Positions 18,174 through 27,969 of a stretch of 64,000 nucleotides of DNA are shown here, in pieces. A model generated the notes under the pieces. That model made no database searches. It was given only the letters and a program-made list of their open reading frames with translations, and was not told the DNA's origin. The stretch comes from Burkholderiaceae bacterium (GTDB taxonomy: Bacteria; Pseudomonadota; Gammaproteobacteria; Burkholderiales; Burkholderiaceae_C): the NCBI GenBank assembly GCA_031253955.1, contig JAIRVJ010000126.1:20342-84341 (forward strand), read 5' to 3'. The translations under genes were made by a program, and so were the position numbers. Position 1 is the first letter of the stretch; the number at the start of each line of letters is the position of its first letter.

Positions 18174-18680
18174 GTGAACACCTGCCCGAATCACGCGGGG
18201 ATTGTAGAAAGCGCCACCCTGCGCATGACGTGGGCGCGCGAGGCCGATACCGCCGCCTTCGCCCGCCGCCTGGCCGCGCTGCCCGGCACGCGCGGCGCTT
18301 TCATCGCCCTGCACGGCGATCTGGGCGCGGGCAAAACCGCTTTCGCGCGCCACCTGCTGCGCGCCCTGGGCGTGCGCGGGCGCATCAAAAGCCCGACCTA
18401 CACCGTGGTCGAGCCGTACCAGCCGCCGCGCGGTCTGCCGGTGTGGCATTTCGACTTCTACCGCTTCGCCGATCCGCGCGAGTGGGAAGACGCCGGCCTG
18501 CGCGAGCCGTTCGCGCAAGCGGGCCTGAAGCTGGCCGAATGGCCCGAAAAAGCCGCCGCCGCGCTGCCGCCCGCCGATTTGCGACTGTCCATCGACGTGC
18601 TGGCAGGCGGCCAGCGCGCCGCCCACATCACCGCCGAAACACCGCTGGGCCGCCAACTGCTGGAGGCGCTACGGGCATGA
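18174..18680 (+). CDS. tsaE: tRNA t6A biosynthesis ATPase TsaE (start GTG 18174 or ATG 18225)
   Basis: GDLGAGKT, SPTYT, HFDFYR, EW; sits between queG and amiC. Confidence 0.93.
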   Translation: MNTCPNHAGIVESATLRMTWAREADTAAFARRLAALPGTRGAFIALHGDLGAGKTAFARHLLRALGVRGRIKSPTYTVVEPYQPPRGLPVWHFDFYRFADPREWEDAGLREPFAQAGLKLAEWPEKAAAALPPADLRLSIDVLAGGQRAAHITAETPLGRQLLEALRA

Positions 18681-20074
18681 GACGGCGCGCCCTGCTGCAT
18701 CAGGCCGGCGCGCTGGCGCTGCTGCTGGGCGGCACGCAGATTGCGCGCGGGGCGGACATCGTGGCTGTGCGCGTGTGGCCCGCCGAGGACTACACGCGCG
18801 TGACCATCGAGTCCGACGCCGCCCTCAAAACCGCGCACCACATGCTCGAATCGCCCCCGCGCCTGTTCGTCGATATCGAGGGGCTGGAACTCAGCCCGGA
18901 ACTGCGCGAGCTGGTAGGCAAGATCAGGCCGGACGATCCCAACATCGCCGGTGTGCGCGTGGGCCAGAACGCCCCCGGCGTGGTGCGGCTGGTGCTTGAT
19001 CTGAAACACGCCACGCAGCCGCAGGTGTTCACGCTCGCCCCGGTCGCCGCCTACCAGCACCGGCTGGTGTTCGACCTGTACCCGGCCGAGCCGCCCGATC
19101 CGCTGGAGCAACTGATTGCCGGGCACAGCGACCCGTTGGAACAACTGATCGCCGAGCGCATCAAGGATTCAAACCGCCCAGCGCCCGTGCAACCGCCCAG
19201 CGCCCCCGGCGCGGCCGCCGCCCAGGGCGGCGCTGCAGAAGACCCCTTGGGCGATCTGATCGCCCAACAGATCGAGCGCGCCCGCCGCGGCGGCGCACCG
19301 GCCAGCGCGCCCGGTCAGGCCGCGCCCGCGCCGTTTGCCGGCGCGGGCGCGCGCCGCCTCATCATCGTCGCCCTCGATCCCGGTCACGGCGGCGAAGACC
19401 CCGGCGCCATCGGCCCCGCCGGCACGTATGAGAAAAACGTGGTGCTGCAAGTGGCCTTCAAACTGCGCGAGCGCATCAACAGCACCACCGCTGGCGGCAA
19501 CCCCATGCGCGCCTACCTCACGCGCGATGCCGATTTTTTCGTGCCCCTGGGCCAGCGGGTGGAAAAAGCGCGCCGCGTGGGGGCCGACCTGTTCGTGAGC
19601 CTCCATGCCGACGCCTTCACCACGCCCGAAGCGCAAGGCGCCAGCGTCTTCGCGCTGTCCGAGCACGGCGCTTCCAGCTCCACCGCCCGCTGGCTGGCCG
19701 AGAGCGAAAACCGGGCCGACCTGATCGGCGGCGTCAACGTCAACGCCAAGAATGCCCGCGTGCGCCGCGTGCTGCTGGACATGAGCACCGACGCGCAAAT
19801 CAAGGACAGCCTCCAACTGGGCGGCGCCGTGCTGCGCGAAATCGGCGCGGTCGGCAGCCTGCACAAAGGGCAAGTCGAACGCGCCGGCTTTGCCGTGCTC
19901 AAGGCGCCGGACATTCCCAGCGTGCTGGTGGAAACCGCCTTCATCAGCAACCCGCGCGAAGAAGCCAGGCTGCGCACCAGCGCCTACCAGAACAGCCTGG
20001 CCGACGCGCTCGTCAAAGGCATCCACCAATACTTCACCGCCAACCCGCCGCTGGGGCGCACCAAAGTGGTGTGA
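18677..20074 (+). CDS. amiC: N-acetylmuramoyl-L-alanine amidase with AMIN domain
   Basis: VRVWPAEDYTRVTIES, LDPGHGGEDPGA, FVSLHAD, LVETAFISN. Confidence 0.9.
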   Translation: MRRRALLHQAGALALLLGGTQIARGADIVAVRVWPAEDYTRVTIESDAALKTAHHMLESPPRLFVDIEGLELSPELRELVGKIRPDDPNIAGVRVGQNAPGVVRLVLDLKHATQPQVFTLAPVAAYQHRLVFDLYPAEPPDPLEQLIAGHSDPLEQLIAERIKDSNRPAPVQPPSAPGAAAAQGGAAEDPLGDLIAQQIERARRGGAPASAPGQAAPAPFAGAGARRLIIVALDPGHGGEDPGAIGPAGTYEKNVVLQVAFKLRERINSTTAGGNPMRAYLTRDADFFVPLGQRVEKARRVGADLFVSLHADAFTTPEAQGASVFALSEHGASSSTARWLAESENRADLIGGVNVNAKNARVRRVLLDMSTDAQIKDSLQLGGAVLREIGAVGSLHKGQVERAGFAVLKAPDIPSVLVETAFISNPREEARLRTSAYQNSLADALVKGIHQYFTANPPLGRTKVV

Positions 20075-20084
20075 ACGTTGGGAT

Positions 20085-20176
20085 GCAGGGGCGAAAAATC
20101 TTTCGCCCTTGCGACGGTAAAAACAGAACGGCGCGCTCAACGAGGCGTTGCAGGGCGAAAGATTTTTCGCCCCTAC
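20085..20176. repeat. Family B GTAG REP doublet
   Basis: Copies at 20085-108 and 20150-176. Confidence 0.85.
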
Positions 20177-20180
20177 CTTC

Positions 20181-20260
20181 GTCATTCCCGCCCAGGCGGA
20201 AATCCATGAACATTACCTCTTGCACCAACGCCCTTGGAGTCCCGCCTACGCGGGAATGAC
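20181..20260. repeat. Family A doublet (spacer class 3)
   Basis: Copies at 20181-206 and 20235-260. Confidence 0.85.
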
Positions 20261-20286
20261 GAAGAAAAATTCAAAATCCTGAATTA

Positions 20287-20367
20287 ATAGCTGATTGTCG
20301 TCAGTGTGGTACGCGTTTATGAAATAAATTAGTCGAAAATATATACCAATCAATGACATTAAGCTAT
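20287..20367. repeat. Family F AT-rich ~80-bp element
   Basis: ATAGCTGATTGTC ... GACATTAAGCTAT. Confidence 0.7.
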
Positions 20368-20398
20368 CGAAAGACAAGCATCCCTCAACGCCAAGCGC

Positions 20399-21037
20399 TC
20401 AACCTTCACCGCCCGACCGCCACGCGCCCACGATGGCGATGAGCGCGGGCACCAGCACCAAGGCCCAGATGATGAGGGAAAAATTGGCCTGTACCCACGG
20501 CAGGTTGCCGAAAAAGTAGCCCGTCATGCAAATGCCCAGCACCCAGATTAGCGCGCCGGTCAGGTTATAGGCGGTAAAGTGCGCGCGGCCCATTCGCGCC
20601 ACGCCGGCCACGAAGGGCACGAAGGTGCGGATGAACGGCATGAAGCGCGCCAGCACCACGGTGATGCCGCCATAGCGTTCGTAAAAGCGGTGCGCCTTGT
20701 CGAACGCGTCGCGGTTGAACCAGCGCGATTTTTCCCACCGGAACACGCGCGGCCCCAGGGCGCTGCCGAGGGTGTAGTTGGTCTGATCGCCCGCCACCGC
20801 CGCCGCCAGCAGCACCACGCACACCGCCGCGATGGACAAATGCCCCGCGCCCGCCAGCGCCCCAGCCACGAACAGCAGCGAATCGCCCGGTAAAAAGGGC
20901 ATCACCACCACGCCGGTTTCGACGAACACCACCACGAACAGCAGCGCATAAACCCACAACCCGTATTGCGCCACCAACGCCGCCAAGTGCCGGTCCACGT
21001 GCAAAACGAGGTCGGCCAGTTGCATCACGATTTCCAT
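20399..21037 (-). CDS. dedA: DedA/VTT family membrane protein
   Basis: FVETGVVVMPFLPGDSLLF, ARFMPFIRTFVPFVAG. Confidence 0.9.
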   Translation of the reverse strand: MEIVMQLADLVLHVDRHLAALVAQYGLWVYALLFVVVFVETGVVVMPFLPGDSLLFVAGALAGAGHLSIAAVCVVLLAAAVAGDQTNYTLGSALGPRVFRWEKSRWFNRDAFDKAHRFYERYGGITVVLARFMPFIRTFVPFVAGVARMGRAHFTAYNLTGALIWVLGICMTGYFFGNLPWVQANFSLIIWALVLVPALIAIVGAWRSGGEG

Positions 21038-21064
21038 GCGGGCCGATTATGCGTTGGGCTTACT

Positions 21065-21179
21065 CCTTGCCCCGCGAAGGCAGGGGTTGGAATGGGGGCA
21101 AGCGGCGCTTAATGAAGAGCCTTGCGCAAATGCAAGCGCGACTGCCCCGACACCTGCCACCCCCGCGCGTGGGGGAAGG
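21065..21179. repeat. Degenerate family D doublet
   Basis: Hairpin plus TTGGAATGGGGGC arm; inverted hairpin arm ending at 21179. Confidence 0.6.
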
Positions 21180-21190
21180 AGCAAGAAGCC

Positions 21191-21775
21191 CTACCCCGCC
21201 GGGGCCGAGGACTGGTACAGCGAATACAGCGTCGTTTCTTCGAGCTTGATGCGCTCCACCAAGGCCGCTCCAATGCCGGCGAGATCGCCGCCGAAGGTCG
21301 CGCGCAACTCCGGCTTTTTGTCCAGCAGGCGGTATTTGTTCAGAAAGCCCATCACGGCCTGGCCGATGGCGGCCATCGCATGGTGAATGTCGCGCACCGT
21401 GGCGCGGCTTTTCTTGCCGCCGTTGTCGGCGAGCACGTCTTCCAGATAAACGTAAAGCCCGATATCTTCCGTCAGCAGGTGTGCCTGAATGTCACTGGTG
21501 AACTTGCGCAGACCCGTGGCAGCGCGAGTCACGTCGCCCTTTGCGAAGGATTGGCTGATGTCGGTATACAGCGCCAACAGCCGCTGGTGCTCGATGTCCA
21601 ACTGGGCGACCAGATGAGCGTTGTACGGAATTTGCACCGCACTCGCACGGCGCCGCGCCGCGACGGGCAAGCTCTGCGGCACGGTGGCGCGCCAGCCTTG
21701 TGCCGGCGGCTGCCCAGTGCCCGGCGGCTTTTTTTCGCGCCCTTTGTCATCGAACAGTTTGGCAAAAAAACCCAT
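21191..21775 (-). CDS. Hemerythrin-like (HHE) domain protein
   Basis: EHQRL, AHLLTED.LY, ERIKLEETTLY helical pattern; start MGFFAKLF at 21775. Confidence 0.65.
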   Translation of the reverse strand: MGFFAKLFDDKGREKKPPGTGQPPAQGWRATVPQSLPVAARRRASAVQIPYNAHLVAQLDIEHQRLLALYTDISQSFAKGDVTRAATGLRKFTSDIQAHLLTEDIGLYVYLEDVLADNGGKKSRATVRDIHHAMAAIGQAVMGFLNKYRLLDKKPELRATFGGDLAGIGAALVERIKLEETTLYSLYQSSAPAG

Positions 21776-21902
21776 GGCGTCTCCACGCAAAAGCACGAAA
21801 GCGTAAGCGGACTGCGACAGGCGCTTACGGTCACATACTGTAAGCACCCAGATACACTTGAAGTCTTGAACTGCAACAACAAATTTCGGGTATTTTTTCT
21901 CC

Positions 21903-23303
21903 ATGCTCTATCAAATCTACGAGGCGCAACGTGCCTTGATCGAGCCGTTTGCCGACATGGCCGACGCCGCTGCCACGCTCTACGGCAACCCCCACACCCT
22001 GCCCGGCCAGATGCCGCTGGCGCAACGCACGGCGGCCATGTATGCCCTTTTTCACCGCTTGGGCAAGGACTACGAGAAGCCCGAATTCGGCATCCGGCGC
22101 GTGCAAATCGGCGGTGTGGAAGTGGCCATCGACGAGCGCATCGAGATGGACAAGCCCTTTTGCCAGTTGCGCCGCTTCAAGCGTTTTTCCGACGACCCGG
22201 CAACGCTGCGCAAGCTCAAAGGCCAGCCGCCGGTGCTCATCGTCGCGCCTCTGTCGGGCCACCACGCCACGCTGCTGCGCGACACCGTGCGCACCATGCT
22301 GCAAGACCACAAGGTTTACATCACCGACTGGAAAAACGCCCGCACGGTGCCTCTCACCGAAGGGCTGTTTCACCTGGATGACTACGTGCACTACGTGCAA
22401 GACTTCATCGCCCACCTGCAAGCCAAGTACGGCAACTGCCACCTCATCAGCGTGTGCCAGCCCACGGTGCCGGCGCTGGGGGCGGTCGCGCTCATGGCCA
22501 CGCGCGGCGCGAAAACACCCGTCACCATGACCATGATGGGCGGCCCCATCGACGCGCGCCGCTCGCCCACCGCCGTCAACAACCTGGCCATGCAGCGCAG
22601 CTTCCAATGGTTTGAAAACAACGTCATCTTCCGCGTGCCGCCCAACTACCCCGGCGCGGGCCGCCGCGTGTATCCGGGCTTCTTGCAGCACACCGGCTTC
22701 ATCGCCATGAACCCCAGCCGCCACGCCAGCAGCCATTACGACTACTTCACCGACCTGATCAAGGGCGACCAGTCCAGCGCCGAATCGCACCGCCGGTTTT
22801 ACGACGAGTACAACGCCGTGCTCGACATGGACGCCGCCTACTACCTGGAAACCATCAAGACCGTGTTCCAGGACTTCGCCCTGCCGGGCGGCACGTGGGA
22901 CGTGCGCGCGCCCGATGGCCAGTTGAAGCGCGTGCGCCCGCAAGACATCCGCCGCACTGCGCTGCTGACCATTGAAGGCGAGCTGGACGACATCTCCGGC
23001 TGCGGCCAAACCAGCGCCGCGCACGACCTGTGCACCGGCATCCCGCGCGGCGAGCGGCACCATCTGGAAATCAAGGACGCCGGTCACTACGGCATCTTCA
23101 GCGGCAGCCGCTGGCGCACCGTGGTCTATCCGCAAGTGCGCGACTTCATCGCCCGCCACGCCAGCAACCAGATCCACCGCGAAAAATGGGTGCCCTTGCA
23201 AGCAGGCATCAGCGGCGCGCTCGTATCCGCCTCATCGCTAAAACTAGCCCCGGCCTCCAAACCCAAGCGCGCCGCGCCAGCCAAAAAAACCGCCGGTCGG
23301 TAG
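21903..23303 (+). CDS. phaZ: Intracellular polyhydroxyalkanoate depolymerase
   Basis: APLSGHHATLLR, SVCQP, MGGPIDAR, EGELDDISG, GHYGIFSG. Confidence 0.92.
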   Translation: MLYQIYEAQRALIEPFADMADAAATLYGNPHTLPGQMPLAQRTAAMYALFHRLGKDYEKPEFGIRRVQIGGVEVAIDERIEMDKPFCQLRRFKRFSDDPATLRKLKGQPPVLIVAPLSGHHATLLRDTVRTMLQDHKVYITDWKNARTVPLTEGLFHLDDYVHYVQDFIAHLQAKYGNCHLISVCQPTVPALGAVALMATRGAKTPVTMTMMGGPIDARRSPTAVNNLAMQRSFQWFENNVIFRVPPNYPGAGRRVYPGFLQHTGFIAMNPSRHASSHYDYFTDLIKGDQSSAESHRRFYDEYNAVLDMDAAYYLETIKTVFQDFALPGGTWDVRAPDGQLKRVRPQDIRRTALLTIEGELDDISGCGQTSAAHDLCTGIPRGERHHLEIKDAGHYGIFSGSRWRTVVYPQVRDFIARHASNQIHREKWVPLQAGISGALVSASSLKLAPASKPKRAAPAKKTAGR

Positions 23304-23327
23304 GGGCGAAAAATCTTTCGCCCCTGC
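23300..23327. repeat. Family B REP supplying the phaZ stop codon
   Basis: GTAGGGGCGAAAAATCTTTCGCCCCTGC; TAG at 23301-03. Confidence 0.85.
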
Positions 23328-23393
23328 AAGGCAAACCCTGCCATGAATCGCATAGACAAGTGTCAGCACCTGAATAAAAAAGGGAACCACCTG

Positions 23394-23565
23394 CTTGACT
23401 TCCCTGCATTCGTTTTCCCGTCATTCCCGCGAAGGCGGGAATCCATGAGCGCCACCTCTTATAACGGCCTATGAGCTGAAACCAATCTTGATGGATTTCC
23501 TGTCATTCCCGCGCAGGCGGGAACTTCGCGGGAATGACGATGAAAAAGTCAAATACGCAGTTCCC
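23394..23565. repeat. Class-1 family A element (inverted homologue of 2881-3043) with a nested extra REP
   Basis: Spacer and flanks align with the reverse complement of 2881-3043; extra GTCATTCCCGCGCAGGCGGGAA at 23502-23523 lies inside the right copy. Confidence 0.85.
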
Positions 23566-23596
23566 ATAAAAAATGCTCCACAGAAACACGGCAGAG

Positions 23597-24253
23597 ATGG
23601 AAACCCTGGCCGCCCGCATACAAACCGCCCTGCCCCAAACCCAATGCACCCGCTGCGGCTTTGCCGACTGCGCCGCGTACACGCAAGCGGTGGCGGCAGG
23701 GCAAGCGCCCATCAATCAGTGCCCGCCCGGCGGCGCTGAAGGCGTGCGGCGGCTAGCCGCGCTCACCGGCCAGCCCGCCCTGCCCCTAGATCCCGCACGC
23801 GGCGCGGAGGCGCCGCGGCAAGTGGCCTGGATCGACGAAGCCTGGTGCATCGGCTGCACCCTGTGCATCAAAGCCTGTCCGGTCGATTGCATCATCGGCG
23901 CGCACAAACGCATGCACACTGTCATCGAGGAACAATGTACCGGCTGCGCCCTGTGCGCGCCCGCCTGCCCGGTCGATTGCATCATGCTGGAAAACGCAAG
24001 CGGCGCGCGCACCGGCTGGGATGCGTGGTCCGCCAGGCAAGCCGCTCAGGCCCGCGCCCGCTACGAATTTGCCAGCGCGCGCCGCCAGCGCACCGCCCAA
24101 GAACACGCCCAGCGGCTGCAAGAAAAAGCCGAGCACAAACTGGCTCACCTGCCCGAACTCACCAAAGGCGCCACCGGCGCTGAACTGGAGCGCAAACGCG
24201 CCGTCATCAAAGCGGCACTGGCACGGGCGCGGCAGCGGCGGGAAGGTTGTTGA
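23597..24253 (+). CDS. rsxB: Electron transport complex subunit RsxB/RnfB-like ferredoxin
   Basis: LPQTQCTRCG..DC, NQCPPGG, CIGCTLCIKACPVD, CTGCALCAPACPVDCI. Confidence 0.85.
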   Translation: METLAARIQTALPQTQCTRCGFADCAAYTQAVAAGQAPINQCPPGGAEGVRRLAALTGQPALPLDPARGAEAPRQVAWIDEAWCIGCTLCIKACPVDCIIGAHKRMHTVIEEQCTGCALCAPACPVDCIMLENASGARTGWDAWSARQAAQARARYEFASARRQRTAQEHAQRLQEKAEHKLAHLPELTKGATGAELERKRAVIKAALARARQRREGC

Positions 24254-24276
24254 GTGTTGAGCGTTGAGCGTTGAGC
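24249..24276 (+). repeat. 4 x 7-bp tandem repeat (GTTGAGY)
   Basis: gttgagt gttgagc gttgagc gttgagc, overlapping the rsxB stop. Confidence 0.8.
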
Positions 24277-24305
24277 AATCCTGTTCAGTCAAGACATTTC
24301 AAGCT

Positions 24306-24597
24306 GTAATTCCCGCGGAGGCGCATAGCCGCCAACTTGAGGTAAGTGCGCGGTTTTCTCCCTCCACCGCGGGCGGGGGAGGGCTGGGGTGGGGGCGCAC
24401 GGCGCTGAAAAAAGCACTGCGTTTACGATGCGCCGCTGCCCCCCATCCCTACCTTCCCCCGCAAGCGGGGGAAGGGGTAAAACGCCAGCGATTTGTCCTT
24501 AAGTTAGCGCCTATGCGCGAAAGCGGGAATCCACTGGGCCTTGGTCACCGCCGGGCGATGAACGCGCCGTATGGATTCCCGACTTCGCGGGAATGAC
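24306..24597. mobile_element. Class-2 family A doublet whose left REP is split by a 192-bp family D element (24324-24515)
   Basis: GTAATTCCCGCGGAGGCG | CATAGCCGCCAACTT ... AAGTTAGCGCCTATG | CGCGAAAGCGGGAATCCA. Confidence 0.75.
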
Positions 24598-24650
24598 GAA
24601 ATTCACTTGACTGAACTGTATCGGGGCGTTTGGGGGCATATTCAAAATTA

Positions 24651-24730
24651 ATAGCTGTTACCACGTACACAGCATGTATTTATGTCTGTTTTTTATCATA
24701 AATACATATTTTGCATTGGTAATAAGCTAT
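24651..24730. repeat. Family F AT-rich element
   Basis: ATAGCTGTTACCA ... TGGTAATAAGCTAT; internal ATGTATTTATG/CATAAATACAT palindrome. Confidence 0.75.
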
Positions 24731-24750
24731 CAAAATTAGCTCTTTGCCTT

Positions 24751-24839
24751 GTAGGGGTGAAAAATCTTTCGCCCTGCGGCGTCTCGTTCAAAGCACTGTT
24801 CTTCTTTTGATGCAAGGGCAAAAAATCTTTCGCCCCCAC
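24751..24839. repeat. Family B REP pair
   Basis: Copies at 24751-77 and 24812-39. Confidence 0.8.
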
Positions 24840-24853
24840 CGTGGCAGCCCGTA

Positions 24854-26515
<1,662 letters not shown>

Positions 26516-26648
26516 GCGGCGAACTTTCTCTTCTCGTGCGAAGCAAAGTCATGGATGGTAACCAAGCGCGCCCTAGTCCCCTCTGGCGTTTCCGGCCAAA
26601 AAGGACTAAATTTGCTGCTGCAACCTCCCAAACCCAAAGGAACCCATC

Positions 26649-27734
26649 ATGCAAGAAGTCAATGCGTATGGCGCTTACATGGGCGACAAACTGCTCGAAC
26701 CCATGCGCATCACCCGCCGCGCGCCCGGCGCGCACGATGTGCAGATCGACATCGCTTTCTGCGGCGTCTGCCATTCGGACTTGCACCAGGTGCGCGCCGA
26801 ATGGGCGGGCACGCATTTTCCGTGCGTGCCCGGCCATGAAATCGTCGGGCGCGTGTCGGCGGCCGGCGCGCAGGTGTCGGGTTTCAAGCCCGGCGATCTG
26901 GTCGGCGTCGGCTGCATCGTTGATAGCTGCAAGCACTGCCCCGAATGCGAGGCCGGGCTGGAAAATTACTGCGACCACATGGTCGGCACCTACAACGGCC
27001 CGACGCCGGATGCGCCCGGCTGGACGCTGGGCGGCTACTCGCAGAAGATCGTCGTGCACCAGCGCTACGTGCTGCGCATCCGCCACCCGCAAGAGCAGCT
27101 TGCCGCCGTCGCGCCGCTGCTGTGCGCGGGCATCACCACCTACTCGCCGCTGCGCCACTGGCATGTGGGGCCGGGCATGAAGGTCGGCGTGGTCGGCATC
27201 GGCGGGCTGGGGCACATGGGTATCAAGCTGGCGCACGCGATGGGCGCGCATGTGGTGGCCTTCACCACGTCCGAATCCAAGCGCGCGGCGGCCAGGGCGC
27301 TGGGCGCCGATGATGTGGTCGTCTCGCGCAACGCCGGGGAAATGGCGGCCCATGCCAACAGCTTCGACTTCATTCTCGACACCGTGGCCGCGCCGCACAG
27401 CCTGGACGCCCTGCTGGCCCTGCTCAAGCGCGACGGCGCGCTAACGCTGGTGGGCGCGCCGGCGGCGCCGCACCCGTCGCCCGAAGTTTTCAACCTGATC
27501 TTCAAACGCCGCACGATTGCCGGTTCGCTGATCGGCGGCATCCCCGAAACGCAGGAAATGCTCGATTTCTGCGCCGAGCGCGGCATCGTCGCCGACATTG
27601 AACTGATCCGCGCCGACCAGATCAACACCGCCTACGAGCGAATGCTCAAAAGCGACGTCAAGTACCGCTTCGTGATCGACAACGCGAGCCTGGCCGCACT
27701 CGCACCCGTGGCGGGCAAGCCACATGGCGCATAA
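26649..27734 (+). CDS. Zn-dependent NAD(P) alcohol dehydrogenase (cinnamyl-ADH/YahK-like)
   Basis: CGVCHSD, GHEIVG, CKHCPEC...C, GIGGLGH, YRFVID. Confidence 0.9.
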   Translation: MQEVNAYGAYMGDKLLEPMRITRRAPGAHDVQIDIAFCGVCHSDLHQVRAEWAGTHFPCVPGHEIVGRVSAAGAQVSGFKPGDLVGVGCIVDSCKHCPECEAGLENYCDHMVGTYNGPTPDAPGWTLGGYSQKIVVHQRYVLRIRHPQEQLAAVAPLLCAGITTYSPLRHWHVGPGMKVGVVGIGGLGHMGIKLAHAMGAHVVAFTTSESKRAAARALGADDVVVSRNAGEMAAHANSFDFILDTVAAPHSLDALLALLKRDGALTLVGAPAAPHPSPEVFNLIFKRRTIAGSLIGGIPETQEMLDFCAERGIVADIELIRADQINTAYERMLKSDVKYRFVIDNASLAALAPVAGKPHGA

Positions 27735-27969
27735 ATTCTTTCGCGCCGCCGCGCTTTGCGTCGAACGCCCGTGCCATAATAGCCCCCGCCTGCGAGACCC
27801 CAGTGTGCTCGCAGCGTCAGCGTTCTTGCTGGGGATGATGCGGCCCGTTTCAACGGCGCGCTCTCCCGCTTTCCAACCCGATGGGTCTTGACAACTGGCG
27901 GCCGGCCATGCGCTCGGCCGGCAGGCCCATCGCCATGCGCCGCATTGTTAATTTCCGGCGCCACCGTTG

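Noticed and set aside
16914-18656. 580-aa QueG and 614-aa AmiC as given by the ORF track
   Set aside because: The N-terminal extensions overlap tsaE; shorter starts fit the recognisable domains.
24300-24850. Clustered palindromic repeats as a possible CRISPR array
   Set aside because: Repeats are inverted doublets of several families, spacers are homologous rather than unique, spacing is irregular, and no cas genes are present.
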